Shown: piece by piece, positions 8,648-16,779 of the stretch
How the letters are laid out: the number at the start of each line of letters is the position of its first letter
Position numbering within the stretch: position 1 is the first letter of the stretch
From: Candidatus Caldarchaeum sp.
Lineage (GTDB): Archaea; Thermoproteota; Nitrososphaeria_A; Caldarchaeales; Caldarchaeaceae
NCBI GenBank assembly: GCA_038885755.1
Contig: JAVZZH010000001.1
Location: 131,155-195,154, forward strand
Direction of reading: 5' to 3'
Length of the DNA stretch: 64,000 nucleotides
Translations under genes and position numbers: made by a program
The notes under the pieces: model-generated
The model's input: only the letters and a program-made list of their open reading frames with translations
What the model was told of the DNA's origin: nothing
Databases searched by the model: none

Positions 8648-10117
8648 TTACATCAACTCCCTCTTGATTTTGTCGCGTATTATGTGGGCTGATATGAGGA
8701 CCATGGGGAGGCCGATGCCTGGATGTGTGTACTGGCCAGTGTAGTAGAGGTTTTTGACTCTGCGGCTTCTGTGGCGAGGACGCCAGAACGCAGTCTGTCT
8801 AAGGGTGTGAGCGAGGCCGAGGGCCGACCCCTTGTAGGAGCTGTACCTCCCTGTGAAATCCCTCACGCTGAAAAACTGTTTAAAGACGATGGCGTCATAT
8901 ACTTTCTCGCCTGTTTTGTATTCGAAGTCCCTGACTATGACGTTGAACAGTTTTTCACGCTTCCGGTCGTCGTCCGCCAGTCCAGACGCAACGGGGATGA
9001 GGAAGAACACGGCTTCACCGCCTGGGGGCGCGGCGGTTCTGTCGGTCTTCGAAGGGACGTGCACGTAGTATGAGGCGTATTCGGGCCATTCACGGCGGCT
9101 GGGGTTGAAGACCTGCTGGAAGTTTTCGCCCCAGTCTTTTTCGAGGAAGACGTTGTGATGGACCGCGTTGTCGAGCTTTCGGTCCAGACCTACGTAGGCG
9201 ATGAGGGCCGACGGCGTGAACAATTTTCTGTCCCAGTAGCCGGCGTCGTACGTGCGGTATTTGGGGTCGAGGAGGTTTGTCTCCACGTATGCGTAGTCAG
9301 CGTTGATGACAAATGCGTCTGCTCTAATGGATTTTCCGTCGGCGACTACCCGAGTGGCCAAGCCGTTCTCCACCTCGATTTTACTGACCTCGTGGTCGAG
9401 CAAAAATTCAACACCCTGCGACTTGGCCAAGCTATACACCGCCTCGACAGCCTGCCTGATTCCTCTTTCCGGGAAGTAGACGCCTTGAGCGATTTTAACG
9501 TAGTTGAGGATGGTGTAGAAAGATGGTGCTTTGGCTGGCGGCGTTCCCACAAACCCCACGGAGTAGAGAAGAATCTTGTGGGCCTTGTCGCTGCTGAACC
9601 ACTTCTTGACGTATGCTTCAACGGATTCAAGTATGTTGATTTTCATGCCCTGAGAGAGAATTTCCCACTTGAGGAAGCTGAAAGGTGAATCGAGGTCGAG
9701 GTACAGGGTTTTCATTATGCTTCTGTAGAGCTTTTCGCATTTTGCGAGATATCGGCGGAGTTTCTCGCCGCCGTTGGGTTCGAGTCTGTCGAAGAGTTGG
9801 ATGTTTTCATCCATTCTGGGCGTGATTTCCGCGGTTTGCCCGTCGTCGAAGAAGACGCGGAAGCTTGGGTCGAGTTTTATTAGGGTGTAGAAGTCCGACG
9901 TCTTCTTCCCGAACTCGCTGAAATACCGGTCGAAAACCTCTGGCATCAAATACCACGTCGGGCCCGTGTCGAAGACGAAGCCGTCTCGGCTGAAGACGCC
10001 GGCTCGGCCGCCCACGTTCCCGTTCTTCTCGACCACTACAACTTCATGCCCATCCTTCGCCAGTAATGCAGCGGCCGCAAGCCCGCCGAACCCAGCACCG
10101 ACAACGGCTATCCTCAT
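8648..10117 (-). CDS. crtI: Phytoene desaturase
   Basis: MRIAVVGAGFGGLAAAALLAKDGHEVVVVEKNGNVGGR is an FAD-binding fold, and the length is CrtI-like. I place the start at the ATG at 10117, which sits 26 nt from a TATA box, rather than the ORF-track start at 10165. Confidence 0.85.
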   Translation of the reverse strand: MRIAVVGAGFGGLAAAALLAKDGHEVVVVEKNGNVGGRAGVFSRDGFVFDTGPTWYLMPEVFDRYFSEFGKKTSDFYTLIKLDPSFRVFFDDGQTAEITPRMDENIQLFDRLEPNGGEKLRRYLAKCEKLYRSIMKTLYLDLDSPFSFLKWEILSQGMKINILESVEAYVKKWFSSDKAHKILLYSVGFVGTPPAKAPSFYTILNYVKIAQGVYFPERGIRQAVEAVYSLAKSQGVEFLLDHEVSKIEVENGLATRVVADGKSIRADAFVINADYAYVETNLLDPKYRTYDAGYWDRKLFTPSALIAYVGLDRKLDNAVHHNVFLEKDWGENFQQVFNPSRREWPEYASYYVHVPSKTDRTAAPPGGEAVFFLIPVASGLADDDRKREKLFNVIVRDFEYKTGEKVYDAIVFKQFFSVRDFTGRYSSYKGSALGLAHTLRQTAFWRPRHRSRRVKNLYYTGQYTHPGIGLPMVLISAHIIRDKIKRELM

Positions 10118-10137
10118 CCTAACCGCTGGAAAAATGT

Positions 10138-10148
10138 TTTTAATATAA
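10138..10148 (-). promoter_or_regulatory. TATA box of the crtI-crtB-ubiA operon
   Basis: Reads TTATATTAAAA on the minus strand, centred about 26 nt upstream of the ATG at 10117. This implies a leaderless transcript. Confidence 0.5.
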
Positions 10149-10305
10149 CCCTTTGCCAGCAACAATCAATTCAGAACGGGTATTGTCATCACAGATCAGA
10201 AATACCCGCTCTCATCACGGTGATGGTTGCAGCCGGTTGTTTTTAAGGATGCTGCCGGCTGATGCGAAGAACTTGCCGTAAACGTGGTCAGCTCTGATGC
10301 TTTGT

Positions 10306-10620
10306 GGAGGGAGGTTGGGCAGCATGTTCCAGACGAGGGGGTGCGCGGTGCGCCGACGACGGAGGCGCCGGCGGCTGCGTTGTTTCACCGGTCAAGCAGA
10401 GGTATCCGGGACATGCTGGTTGGAGCTTGCTGCGGCATGTAGAACCGGTGCTTACGCAGGGAGGTTCGTTTGTGTGGGCTGATACTAACCTGTGCGACCC
10501 TTAGTTCGTGGATGCACGGACAGCTTCTTCAACCCGCTGCTCGAACCCGGAGGAAGCACAGGAGGGAGAAACTACGAACACAACAGCCGTAAGCGCCTTC
10601 GAAGCTTCCCAACCGGCTCC
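10306..10620 (-). ncRNA. rnpB: Candidate RNase P RNA (archaeal type A-like)
   Basis: A terminal helix pairs GGUUGGG with CCCAACC about 300 nt apart. Ordered minus-strand matches to RNase P conserved regions are GAAGAAGCUGUCCGUGC (CR-I-like), ACACAAACGAACCUCCC, GCAGCAAGCUCCAACCAG, CCCGGAUACCUCUGCUUGACCGGUGAAAC (J5/15-P15-like) and UGGAACAUGCUG (CR-V-like). A TATA box lies 18-29 nt upstream. No credible ORF is present. Confidence 0.55.
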
Positions 10621-10637
10621 GAGCGTCATGCCGTGCG

Positions 10638-10649
10638 TATAATAAATTT
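10638..10649 (-). promoter_or_regulatory. BRE/TATA promoter of the candidate RNase P RNA
   Basis: Reads AAATTTATTATA on the minus strand, about 23-25 nt upstream of the predicted 5' end GGAGCC (10620). Confidence 0.45.
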
Positions 10650-10716
10650 GTGGAGTTGTTTGTCGAAGACCGGGATGTTCGGTAAACTCTATTAGCGTGG
10701 CGGCGGGCTTCCCGCC

Positions 10717-11178
10717 ATGGTTAGAGAGGGAGAAAAAGCTCCGGACTTCTCCTTGCCGTCGACGCGCGGCGACGTGGTGCAGCTCGAGAAGCTGAGGGGG
10801 CGTAGGGTTGTTCTGCTGTTCTACCCCAAGGACGGGTCGCCTGGATGCACTCGTGAAAACTGCTTGTTGAGGGACATGCTGCCGGAGTTCGAGAAGCACG
10901 GAGCCGTGGTCCTGGGCATAAGCCGGGACAGCTTGGACAGTCATAAAAAGTTCTCTGAGAAGCACAACCTTACTCACCTTCTTCTAAGCGACGTCGACGG
11001 AGATGTTTCTAGGAGATACGGGGCTCTGGGCCTTCTCGGGATGAGTAAGAGGAAGACCTTCGTGGTCGACGAGAACGGGGTGGTTTTGAAGGTTGTGGAG
11101 GGGTTGATGCCCGACAAGCACGTGAGGGAAGCTCTGAAAACGCTCAAGGAGATGGGGCCGCTTAAAACAAGTATATAG
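10717..11178 (+). CDS. bcp: Peroxiredoxin (Bcp/thiol peroxidase type)
   Basis: FYPKDGSPGCTRE is the peroxidatic Cys motif. The AhpC/TSA fold length fits. Confidence 0.85.
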   Translation: MVREGEKAPDFSLPSTRGDVVQLEKLRGRRVVLLFYPKDGSPGCTRENCLLRDMLPEFEKHGAVVLGISRDSLDSHKKFSEKHNLTHLLLSDVDGDVSRRYGALGLLGMSKRKTFVVDENGVVLKVVEGLMPDKHVREALKTLKEMGPLKTSI

Positions 11179-11233
11179 GTTTTTCCGAAGCTAGGCCACC
11201 TCAAAACTAAATAACCAACCACTCCAGCTAACT

Positions 11234-11545
11234 TTGGTGTCTCACAAGAGGATGCCAGAGAGGCAGGACCTCGTCCTATCGAAGCTAGTTCTGGATGTCC
11301 TGAAGCCGCACAAGCCCGACATGGTTAACTTCGCCCAAGCCCTCACAAGCCTCAAGGGAGTCTCGAAAGTCGAGGTCTCCATAATCGAGGTTGACGCAGA
11401 CACCGAAACAGTCAAGCTCACGGTGGAGGGGCACTCGATAAACTACGACGACGTCGCCGACGCAGTGAAGCAGCTGGGTGCAGCCGTACACAGCATCGAC
11501 CAAGTGACGTTCGCGTCAACAACGCACGAGACGCAGAAAAAATAG
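11234..11545 (+). CDS. DUF211 family protein
   Basis: LVLDVLKPHKPD...VKLTVEGHSINYDDVADAVKQLGAAVHSIDQV matches the DUF211 pattern. Confidence 0.6.
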   Translation: MVSHKRMPERQDLVLSKLVLDVLKPHKPDMVNFAQALTSLKGVSKVEVSIIEVDADTETVKLTVEGHSINYDDVADAVKQLGAAVHSIDQVTFASTTHETQKK

Positions 11546-11660
11546 CAAGACCGTATCAGAGAGCTGAACACGATGAACTCTGCAAAAACACGAGATATTT
11601 AAATGTTGAAAACCGACTCGGCGAAAAGTAGATAAAACCAGGAAAACAACCATTGAGTGT

Positions 11661-11733
11661 AGCCCCGTCGTCTAGCGGCCAAGGATGCAGGGCTTTGGAC
11701 CCTGCGACGTGGGTTCAAATCCCACCGGGGCTA
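11661..11733 (+). tRNA. tRNA-Gln (anticodon TTG)
   Basis: Cloverleaf: acceptor AGCCCCG/CGGGGCU, anticodon arm CAGGG-CUUUGGA-CCCUG, T arm GUGGG-UUCAAAU-CCCAC, discriminator A. Length is 73 nt. Confidence 0.9.
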
Positions 11734-12273
11734 AGAGAAACAGCATGGCCTAAAACCCACCGAATACCTAGGTGTCTATGCACCCTGCTGGGGGGACTAA
11801 TCTTTTCGGATAGGGCTACGCTAAGCCATGTTCCACCACTTGGAAAAGAAGAGCGGCTACCAGGGCCCTCTACAACGGGCCAGCAGCCGATCCCGAGTTT
11901 TATTGCGGCCGGAGCAATGATCTCAATCCTCTGCAGTCTTTTTCACCACCACAGATGTATTAAGGTTTCAAAGCCTTCCCGTTCTGAAAATAGACCTATC
12001 ACCCACCCACGTATAGCCAAGCACGTGTATCGCTAGCGGTATGGTCTGGAGAACCCAGTATGACTGCGGACATGTTGACTATGGGCTACCGCTGGTTCGG
12101 GGTTTCCATAGACTCGTCGCAGTAACGGGACCGGCGGACATATGGCAGGTGGGCCTCCCCATCATAGTCTATGACCTTGTCTTCTGGCTGGCGTTATTGG
12201 TTGTGGGGAGCTGGTGGGGTGGGCTGAGTCTAGGAGAAAAGGATAATTTCCATGCTGGTCTCTGCAACTGTGG

Positions 12274-13029
12274 TTGCCTGTGGCTCAGAAGCTGGGGATT
12301 AGGATAGTTGAGTTGGGCGACGTGGGATCCACGATGGCTGAGGCGAGAAACTTAGGCGCCGTGGATGAGGGGACGGTTTTGGTGGCTAGAAGCCAGACAG
12401 CTGGTGTGGGAAGGCTGGGACGTAGGTGGTACTCACCAACCGGCGGACTATGGTTCACGATGATAATATACCCGAGGCAGAGCGCAACCACATCACCGCT
12501 GCTAACGCTGATGGCCGCGCTAGCCGTCAGCAGGGGAATAGCCCTAACCACAGGCCTCCAGCCAACCATAAGATGGCCTAACGATGTCTACCTCCGCGGC
12601 CGGAAGGTGGCCGGCATACTTGCTGAGATGGATGTGGTGGGAGATATTGCGACTAGGGCGCTGGTGGGTGTGGGTGTCAACGTCAACTTCAACATTGAGG
12701 AGCTTCCACCCGACGTCAGGGGCGAGGCCACCACGCTCATGCATGAGTTGGGCTCCGAGGTCAGCCTCGAGCTGCTGCTGGCCAATATATTATCGGAGTT
12801 TGGAAAGCTCTACGACTCTTTCAAGGCGGGCAGGAGGGTTGAGATAATGAAGGATGTTAAGCATGCTATGCAGATGTTGGGCGAGACTGTGAACGTAACC
12901 CTTTCACATGGCACCCGGCTGAAAGGTGTTATGGAGGATTTGGATGAGCTGGGCAGGGTGGTTTTGAAGTTGGACCAAGGTAGGATGTTCCTCTCTCCAG
13001 GCGACATTGAGAGGATAGCCACGCTCTAG
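12274..13029 (+). CDS. birA: Biotin-[acetyl-CoA-carboxylase] ligase
   Basis: QTAGVGRLGRRWYSPTGGLWFT corresponds to the GRGRxGRxWxSPxG motif. Confidence 0.8.
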   Translation: MPVAQKLGIRIVELGDVGSTMAEARNLGAVDEGTVLVARSQTAGVGRLGRRWYSPTGGLWFTMIIYPRQSATTSPLLTLMAALAVSRGIALTTGLQPTIRWPNDVYLRGRKVAGILAEMDVVGDIATRALVGVGVNVNFNIEELPPDVRGEATTLMHELGSEVSLELLLANILSEFGKLYDSFKAGRRVEIMKDVKHAMQMLGETVNVTLSHGTRLKGVMEDLDELGRVVLKLDQGRMFLSPGDIERIATL

Positions 13030-13153
13030 AAACGTTTCTGAGCAGGTTATGCTGCGGTGAATCCATGCGTGAGCCACAGCATCTAGGGATGTGGAACAGC
13101 GGGTTGTAGTTGCCGGAGGTCCAGCCCGTGTGGTCTATACGCTAAGAAAATGA

Positions 13154-13162
13154 TTTATATAA
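13154..13162 (+). promoter_or_regulatory. TATA box upstream of the aminotransferase gene
   Basis: TTTATATAA lies about 30 nt upstream of the TTG start at 13191. Confidence 0.4.
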
Positions 13163-13190
13163 GGGTCTCGCGATCCTAGCCGCGAGCGAA

Positions 13191-14498
13191 TTGAAAGAAG
13201 ACGACCTATCTCGCCTCAGGAAGTATGTGAGCTCGGGAATATCACCACTTCATCCAATAGTTTTATCCAAGGCCTCCAACGCAATAGTCCAAGACACTGC
13301 TGGGAGGCGGTACATAGACTTCACAAGCGGCATAGGCGTAACCAACCTGGGCCACGCCAACCCTGAGCTAGTTCAAACCCTGAAGGAGCAGGCTGAGAAG
13401 CTGTGGCATATGGCAATACCGGTTGCGGCCTACGAATCAGTTATAAACCTTGCAGCAAGCTTAACAGAGATAGCTCCAGGAGCATATCAGAAGAAGGCCG
13501 TGTTCTTCAACAGCGGTGCAGAGGCTGTGGAGAATGCGGTGAAAGCAGTCAGAAAGGCGACCAAACGGCAGATAATCATAGCTTTCGAAAACTCCTTCCA
13601 CGGCAGGACAGCTCTCACCATGGCCCTCACTGGAAAGTACATGCCTTACAAGGTTGACTTCGAACCCTTCGCACCCGGTGTGGAGCTGGTCCCCTATCCT
13701 TACTGCTACCGATGCCCCTTCGGCCACGAGTATCCACCCTGTTGTATGCAGACAGTGGAATATCTTAGGAATCATTTTGTACACACCAGGGTTCATGGTG
13801 ATAAGGTAGCCGCTGTTATAGCTGAGCCTATTCAGGGCGAAGGCGGATTCATAGTTCCGCCTGACAACTTCTTCAAGGAGTTGAAATCCTTTCTTGACGA
13901 GTATGGCATCAAGTTGATTGTTGATGAGGTGCAGACCGGGTTTGGGAGGACTGGGAAGATGTTTGCGGTGGAGCATTTCGGAGTAGAGCCCGACCTGATT
14001 ACTGTGGGGAAGGCTATAGCCAACGGCCTTCCGTTATCTGGTGTTGTTGGGAGAGCTGAGATTCTTGACAGCCTGCATCCCGGCGGGTTTGGCGGGACTT
14101 ACGTGGGCAACCCCGTGGCCTGCGCTGTAGCCACGAAGGTCATTGAGATTTTCAGGCGTGAAAGACTCCATGAGAGGGCGGCTAGACTTGGCGCTTTAGC
14201 TGAGAAGAAGCTCCGTGAGATGTTCGACGAGTATCCGCTGATAGGCGATGTGCGGGGGAAGGGGCTGATGCTGGCCATGGAGCTGGTCGCGGACAGGCGG
14301 TCAAAGAAGCCGGCCGAGAAAGCAACGAGGCTGGTTGTGGAGAAGGCGAGGCAGAGGGGTCTGCTGCTGCTGAAAGCCGGTCTCTATAACAACGTCATCC
14401 GTCTCCATCCACCTATAACAATAGAGGATGAGACGTTTGCGAGTGGGTTGGACATACTGGAGGAAACGGTCAAGGAAGTTTCCAAAGAAGAAAGCTAG
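13191..14498 (+). CDS. Class-III (GabT/beta-alanine-type) PLP aminotransferase
   Basis: Contains GIGVTNLGHANPELV, DEVQTGFGRTGKMFA and the Lys in VGKAIANG. It is a paralogue of 32675-34000. Confidence 0.85.
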   Translation: MKEDDLSRLRKYVSSGISPLHPIVLSKASNAIVQDTAGRRYIDFTSGIGVTNLGHANPELVQTLKEQAEKLWHMAIPVAAYESVINLAASLTEIAPGAYQKKAVFFNSGAEAVENAVKAVRKATKRQIIIAFENSFHGRTALTMALTGKYMPYKVDFEPFAPGVELVPYPYCYRCPFGHEYPPCCMQTVEYLRNHFVHTRVHGDKVAAVIAEPIQGEGGFIVPPDNFFKELKSFLDEYGIKLIVDEVQTGFGRTGKMFAVEHFGVEPDLITVGKAIANGLPLSGVVGRAEILDSLHPGGFGGTYVGNPVACAVATKVIEIFRRERLHERAARLGALAEKKLREMFDEYPLIGDVRGKGLMLAMELVADRRSKKPAEKATRLVVEKARQRGLLLLKAGLYNNVIRLHPPITIEDETFASGLDILEETVKEVSKEES

Positions 14499-15067
14499 GC
14501 GGGGCCGACATATCTACTCACCGCATCTACTATTTGACGCCTAGTCGAGACGTAGACCGCTACCACGGCCTTCACCGCATCCCACACTAGAAATGGTATC
14601 ATGCCAAGGGCAGCTGCCTGAGAAAGACTATCCATGGCCGGCAACCCCCTGCTGAGGGCTAGCCATGCGGCCAGCCATGGGACACCAACTAAGTATATCA
14701 GGGCCTCGGCGGCCGCAGCGCCAGCCACCGCTCCCACAATCTTCCCCAGTCCTATGCGCCGGTAGACGTAGCCCGATAGGGCTGCGGCAAAAGGGAAAGC
14801 TAGGAGATACCCGCCGGTGGGCCCTAGGAAGACACCCCACCCGCCCCTGAAGTTAGCGAAGACGGGAAGCCCAACAGCGCCCATCAGTAGGTAGACTACG
14901 ATTGATAAGAACCCTACACGCGGACCGCCAACCATTCCTGCCAAGAGAATGAAGAGTGTCTGAAATGTGAAGGGTACGGTCGATGTGGGGATAGAAAGCG
15001 GGGACGCGGCAGCGGTCAAAGCTGCGAAAAATATGGACAAGACAAGCTGTTGTCTTCTCAGAGTCAA
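14495..15067 (-). CDS. bioY: Biotin transporter BioY
   Basis: PFTFQTLFILLAGMVGGPRVG...GPTGGYLLAFP is the typical BioY motif. The protein has about 6 TM segments. Confidence 0.8.
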   Translation of the reverse strand: MTLRRQQLVLSIFFAALTAAASPLSIPTSTVPFTFQTLFILLAGMVGGPRVGFLSIVVYLLMGAVGLPVFANFRGGWGVFLGPTGGYLLAFPFAAALSGYVYRRIGLGKIVGAVAGAAAAEALIYLVGVPWLAAWLALSRGLPAMDSLSQAAALGMIPFLVWDAVKAVVAVYVSTRRQIVDAVSRYVGPA

Positions 15068-15233
15068 CTCGACAGGAGCGCACGAGGGATGTATATAGAT
15101 TTTTCAGAGTATTATCGGTGTTCCGCAGATTTTATTAACGTTTGTTAAAATCCATCGAGCTATGTAATGGCATATCTAGCGTGGGGGAGATTTGTCAAAA
15201 TGCTTATATATCTTCTATTAACCCTTAAACACG

Positions 15234-16751
15234 ATGGTTAGGAAAAAGTTCGAATATCACATATCCAACGCATCCGAAGTTTCAGCTGCATCGACAGATC
15301 CCGCCTCATACACACCGCCTGTAGCCAGAGTTAGCAGGAGAACAGTCTTGGGGATTGGAGCCGCAGCTGCTGTGGTGGCGGTTGCTGGAGGCGTGGCGGC
15401 GTTCTTGGCATCGCGTCCACCAACCCAACCCACGACACAGACAACACCAACAGCTACTACGCCAGCCCAGATAACGCTAAGGACCAACGAACAGTCATAC
15501 ATGGTGGATGAGAACAAGATAAAGGCCTTCAAAGAGCAGGTGGGCATTCAGCTGGAGGCAGATATACGACCAATAGATGAGGCTCGCGCGATAATGCTGG
15601 ACCCAGCCAACGCCTCAAAATACGATATCTACGGCATAGACACCAGCAGCCTCTTGGCGATAAAAGCTGCTGGCGTTACGAAAAACTATCCCCCCAGCGA
15701 TGTTCCGAGGTGGGTTAGGGGCCCCATTGATCCAATATTCACCGCACCAGAGACCAACATAGGAACTAAGGTGCCTCCACCAATCGGCCCAACAGGCGAA
15801 TACATAGCCAAGAGTATGATGTATCCAACCATGTGGGCTGCCTCACCAGATGCGACCAACAAGATGGATGACTATGGAATGAAGGACAAGCTCTTCTTCA
15901 TATCTCCGATTGACTGGAACTACGACTCGGTGCTCTGGAATCCCAAGTATATCAACCTACCTTATGACCCGGCCACAGGCATATCCACTGGCTCTTGGGG
16001 GGTTCTTGTTGACCGCCAGTACAAAGGCAGGGTTGGCTTCCAAGACATTCCAACGATCTCCACCAACCATTACATACTGATAATGATAGCAAACAAGCTG
16101 ATAGAGCCACTGGAACGGGGACCAAACGACTTAACCCCCGCTGAGATTAAGAAGCTGGTGGACTGGCTTATCGACCACAAGAAGGCGGGCCAGTTCAGGG
16201 TATTCTGGAACGACTTCGCCCAGATAGTGAGCCTCCACGTGCAGGAGGAGATCTGGGTTTCCGACGGCTGGCAGCCAGTTGAGATGTATGTACGCAACAG
16301 CGGCGGCATAGGGTTCTACCTAGAGCCCAACGAAGGATACCGGAACTGGCTGGATGGCGTCGCACCGACGATAGCTACACCCAACTACGCCGCAGTCATG
16401 AATTACATCGACTGGAAGTACAGCGGATGGTTCGCCCAGTATAAGGCTAAGTGGCTTGGCTACTATACTCCAAACTGGGAGTCGGATGAGGTTAAGCAGA
16501 CGATGGGGCCGGAGCACTGGGGCTGGTTCTACAAAGCCGACCCAACCTTCATAGAAGTGCCTGTGGAGGAGCATGCGGCGTTCGACCCTGTTTCCTACGA
16601 TTGGAAGATGTCCGGCTCACCCAACCCCAAGGGATATAGGCGGGACGGCGGAGACATCAAAAGGCATAACGAGAGGGTTTCCACTTGGCAGCGGTGGCCT
16701 CACGACGCTGACGCCTATATAAAGGAGTGGACTAGGCTCAGAGCTGCTTGA
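15234..16751 (+). CDS. ABC transporter substrate-binding protein with SRRTVLG signal and Thr/Pro-rich linker
   Basis: N-terminal RR-type signal plus TM segment, followed by PPTQPTTQTTPTATTP. It is the first gene of an ABC operon. Confidence 0.7.
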   Translation: MVRKKFEYHISNASEVSAASTDPASYTPPVARVSRRTVLGIGAAAAVVAVAGGVAAFLASRPPTQPTTQTTPTATTPAQITLRTNEQSYMVDENKIKAFKEQVGIQLEADIRPIDEARAIMLDPANASKYDIYGIDTSSLLAIKAAGVTKNYPPSDVPRWVRGPIDPIFTAPETNIGTKVPPPIGPTGEYIAKSMMYPTMWAASPDATNKMDDYGMKDKLFFISPIDWNYDSVLWNPKYINLPYDPATGISTGSWGVLVDRQYKGRVGFQDIPTISTNHYILIMIANKLIEPLERGPNDLTPAEIKKLVDWLIDHKKAGQFRVFWNDFAQIVSLHVQEEIWVSDGWQPVEMYVRNSGGIGFYLEPNEGYRNWLDGVAPTIATPNYAAVMNYIDWKYSGWFAQYKAKWLGYYTPNWESDEVKQTMGPEHWGWFYKADPTFIEVPVEEHAAFDPVSYDWKMSGSPNPKGYRRDGGDIKRHNERVSTWQRWPHDADAYIKEWTRLRAA

Positions 16752-16779
16752 AATCCACCATCCTCCCCTTTTTCGGGTT

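Noticed and set aside
10306-10620. Alternative reading of the structured region as SRP (7S) RNA on the plus strand
   Set aside because: The plus-strand CCCGGAGGAAGCA superficially resembles the helix 8 GGAA tetraloop plus AGCA motif. However, the flanking bases do not close a GNAR loop and no UGUAA-type Alu motif is present. Five RNase P-like blocks occur in the correct order on the minus strand, behind a promoter.
10297-10695. Three overlapping plus-strand ORFs (61-67 aa, Arg/Gly-rich) and the 158-aa minus-strand ORF 10501-10977
   Set aside because: The composition is that of translated GC-rich structured RNA, for example RRRRRRRRLRC. No family resemblance was seen. The 158-aa ORF runs antisense through the well-supported bcp gene. 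The region is better explained as the candidate RNase P RNA.
11859-11888. SRP helix-8-like string CCAGGGCCC-N8-GGGCCAGCAGCC
   Set aside because: The loop is 8 nt rather than a GNAR tetraloop. No matching 5' strand or Alu-domain elements are nearby.
11653-12307. ORFs 11653-12036 (127 aa) and 12041-12307 (88 aa)
   Set aside because: The first begins inside tRNA-Gln and has low-complexity, non-protein-like sequence. The second has no family resemblance and overlaps the birA start. Both are treated as non-coding.
13191-14498. Possibility that the aminotransferase between birA and bioY is BioA (DAPA aminotransferase)
   Set aside because: The N-terminal and active-site regions follow the GabT/beta-alanine transaminase pattern and closely parallel the paralogue at 32675-34000. 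They do not follow the BioA pattern. Proximity to the biotin genes is probably coincidental.
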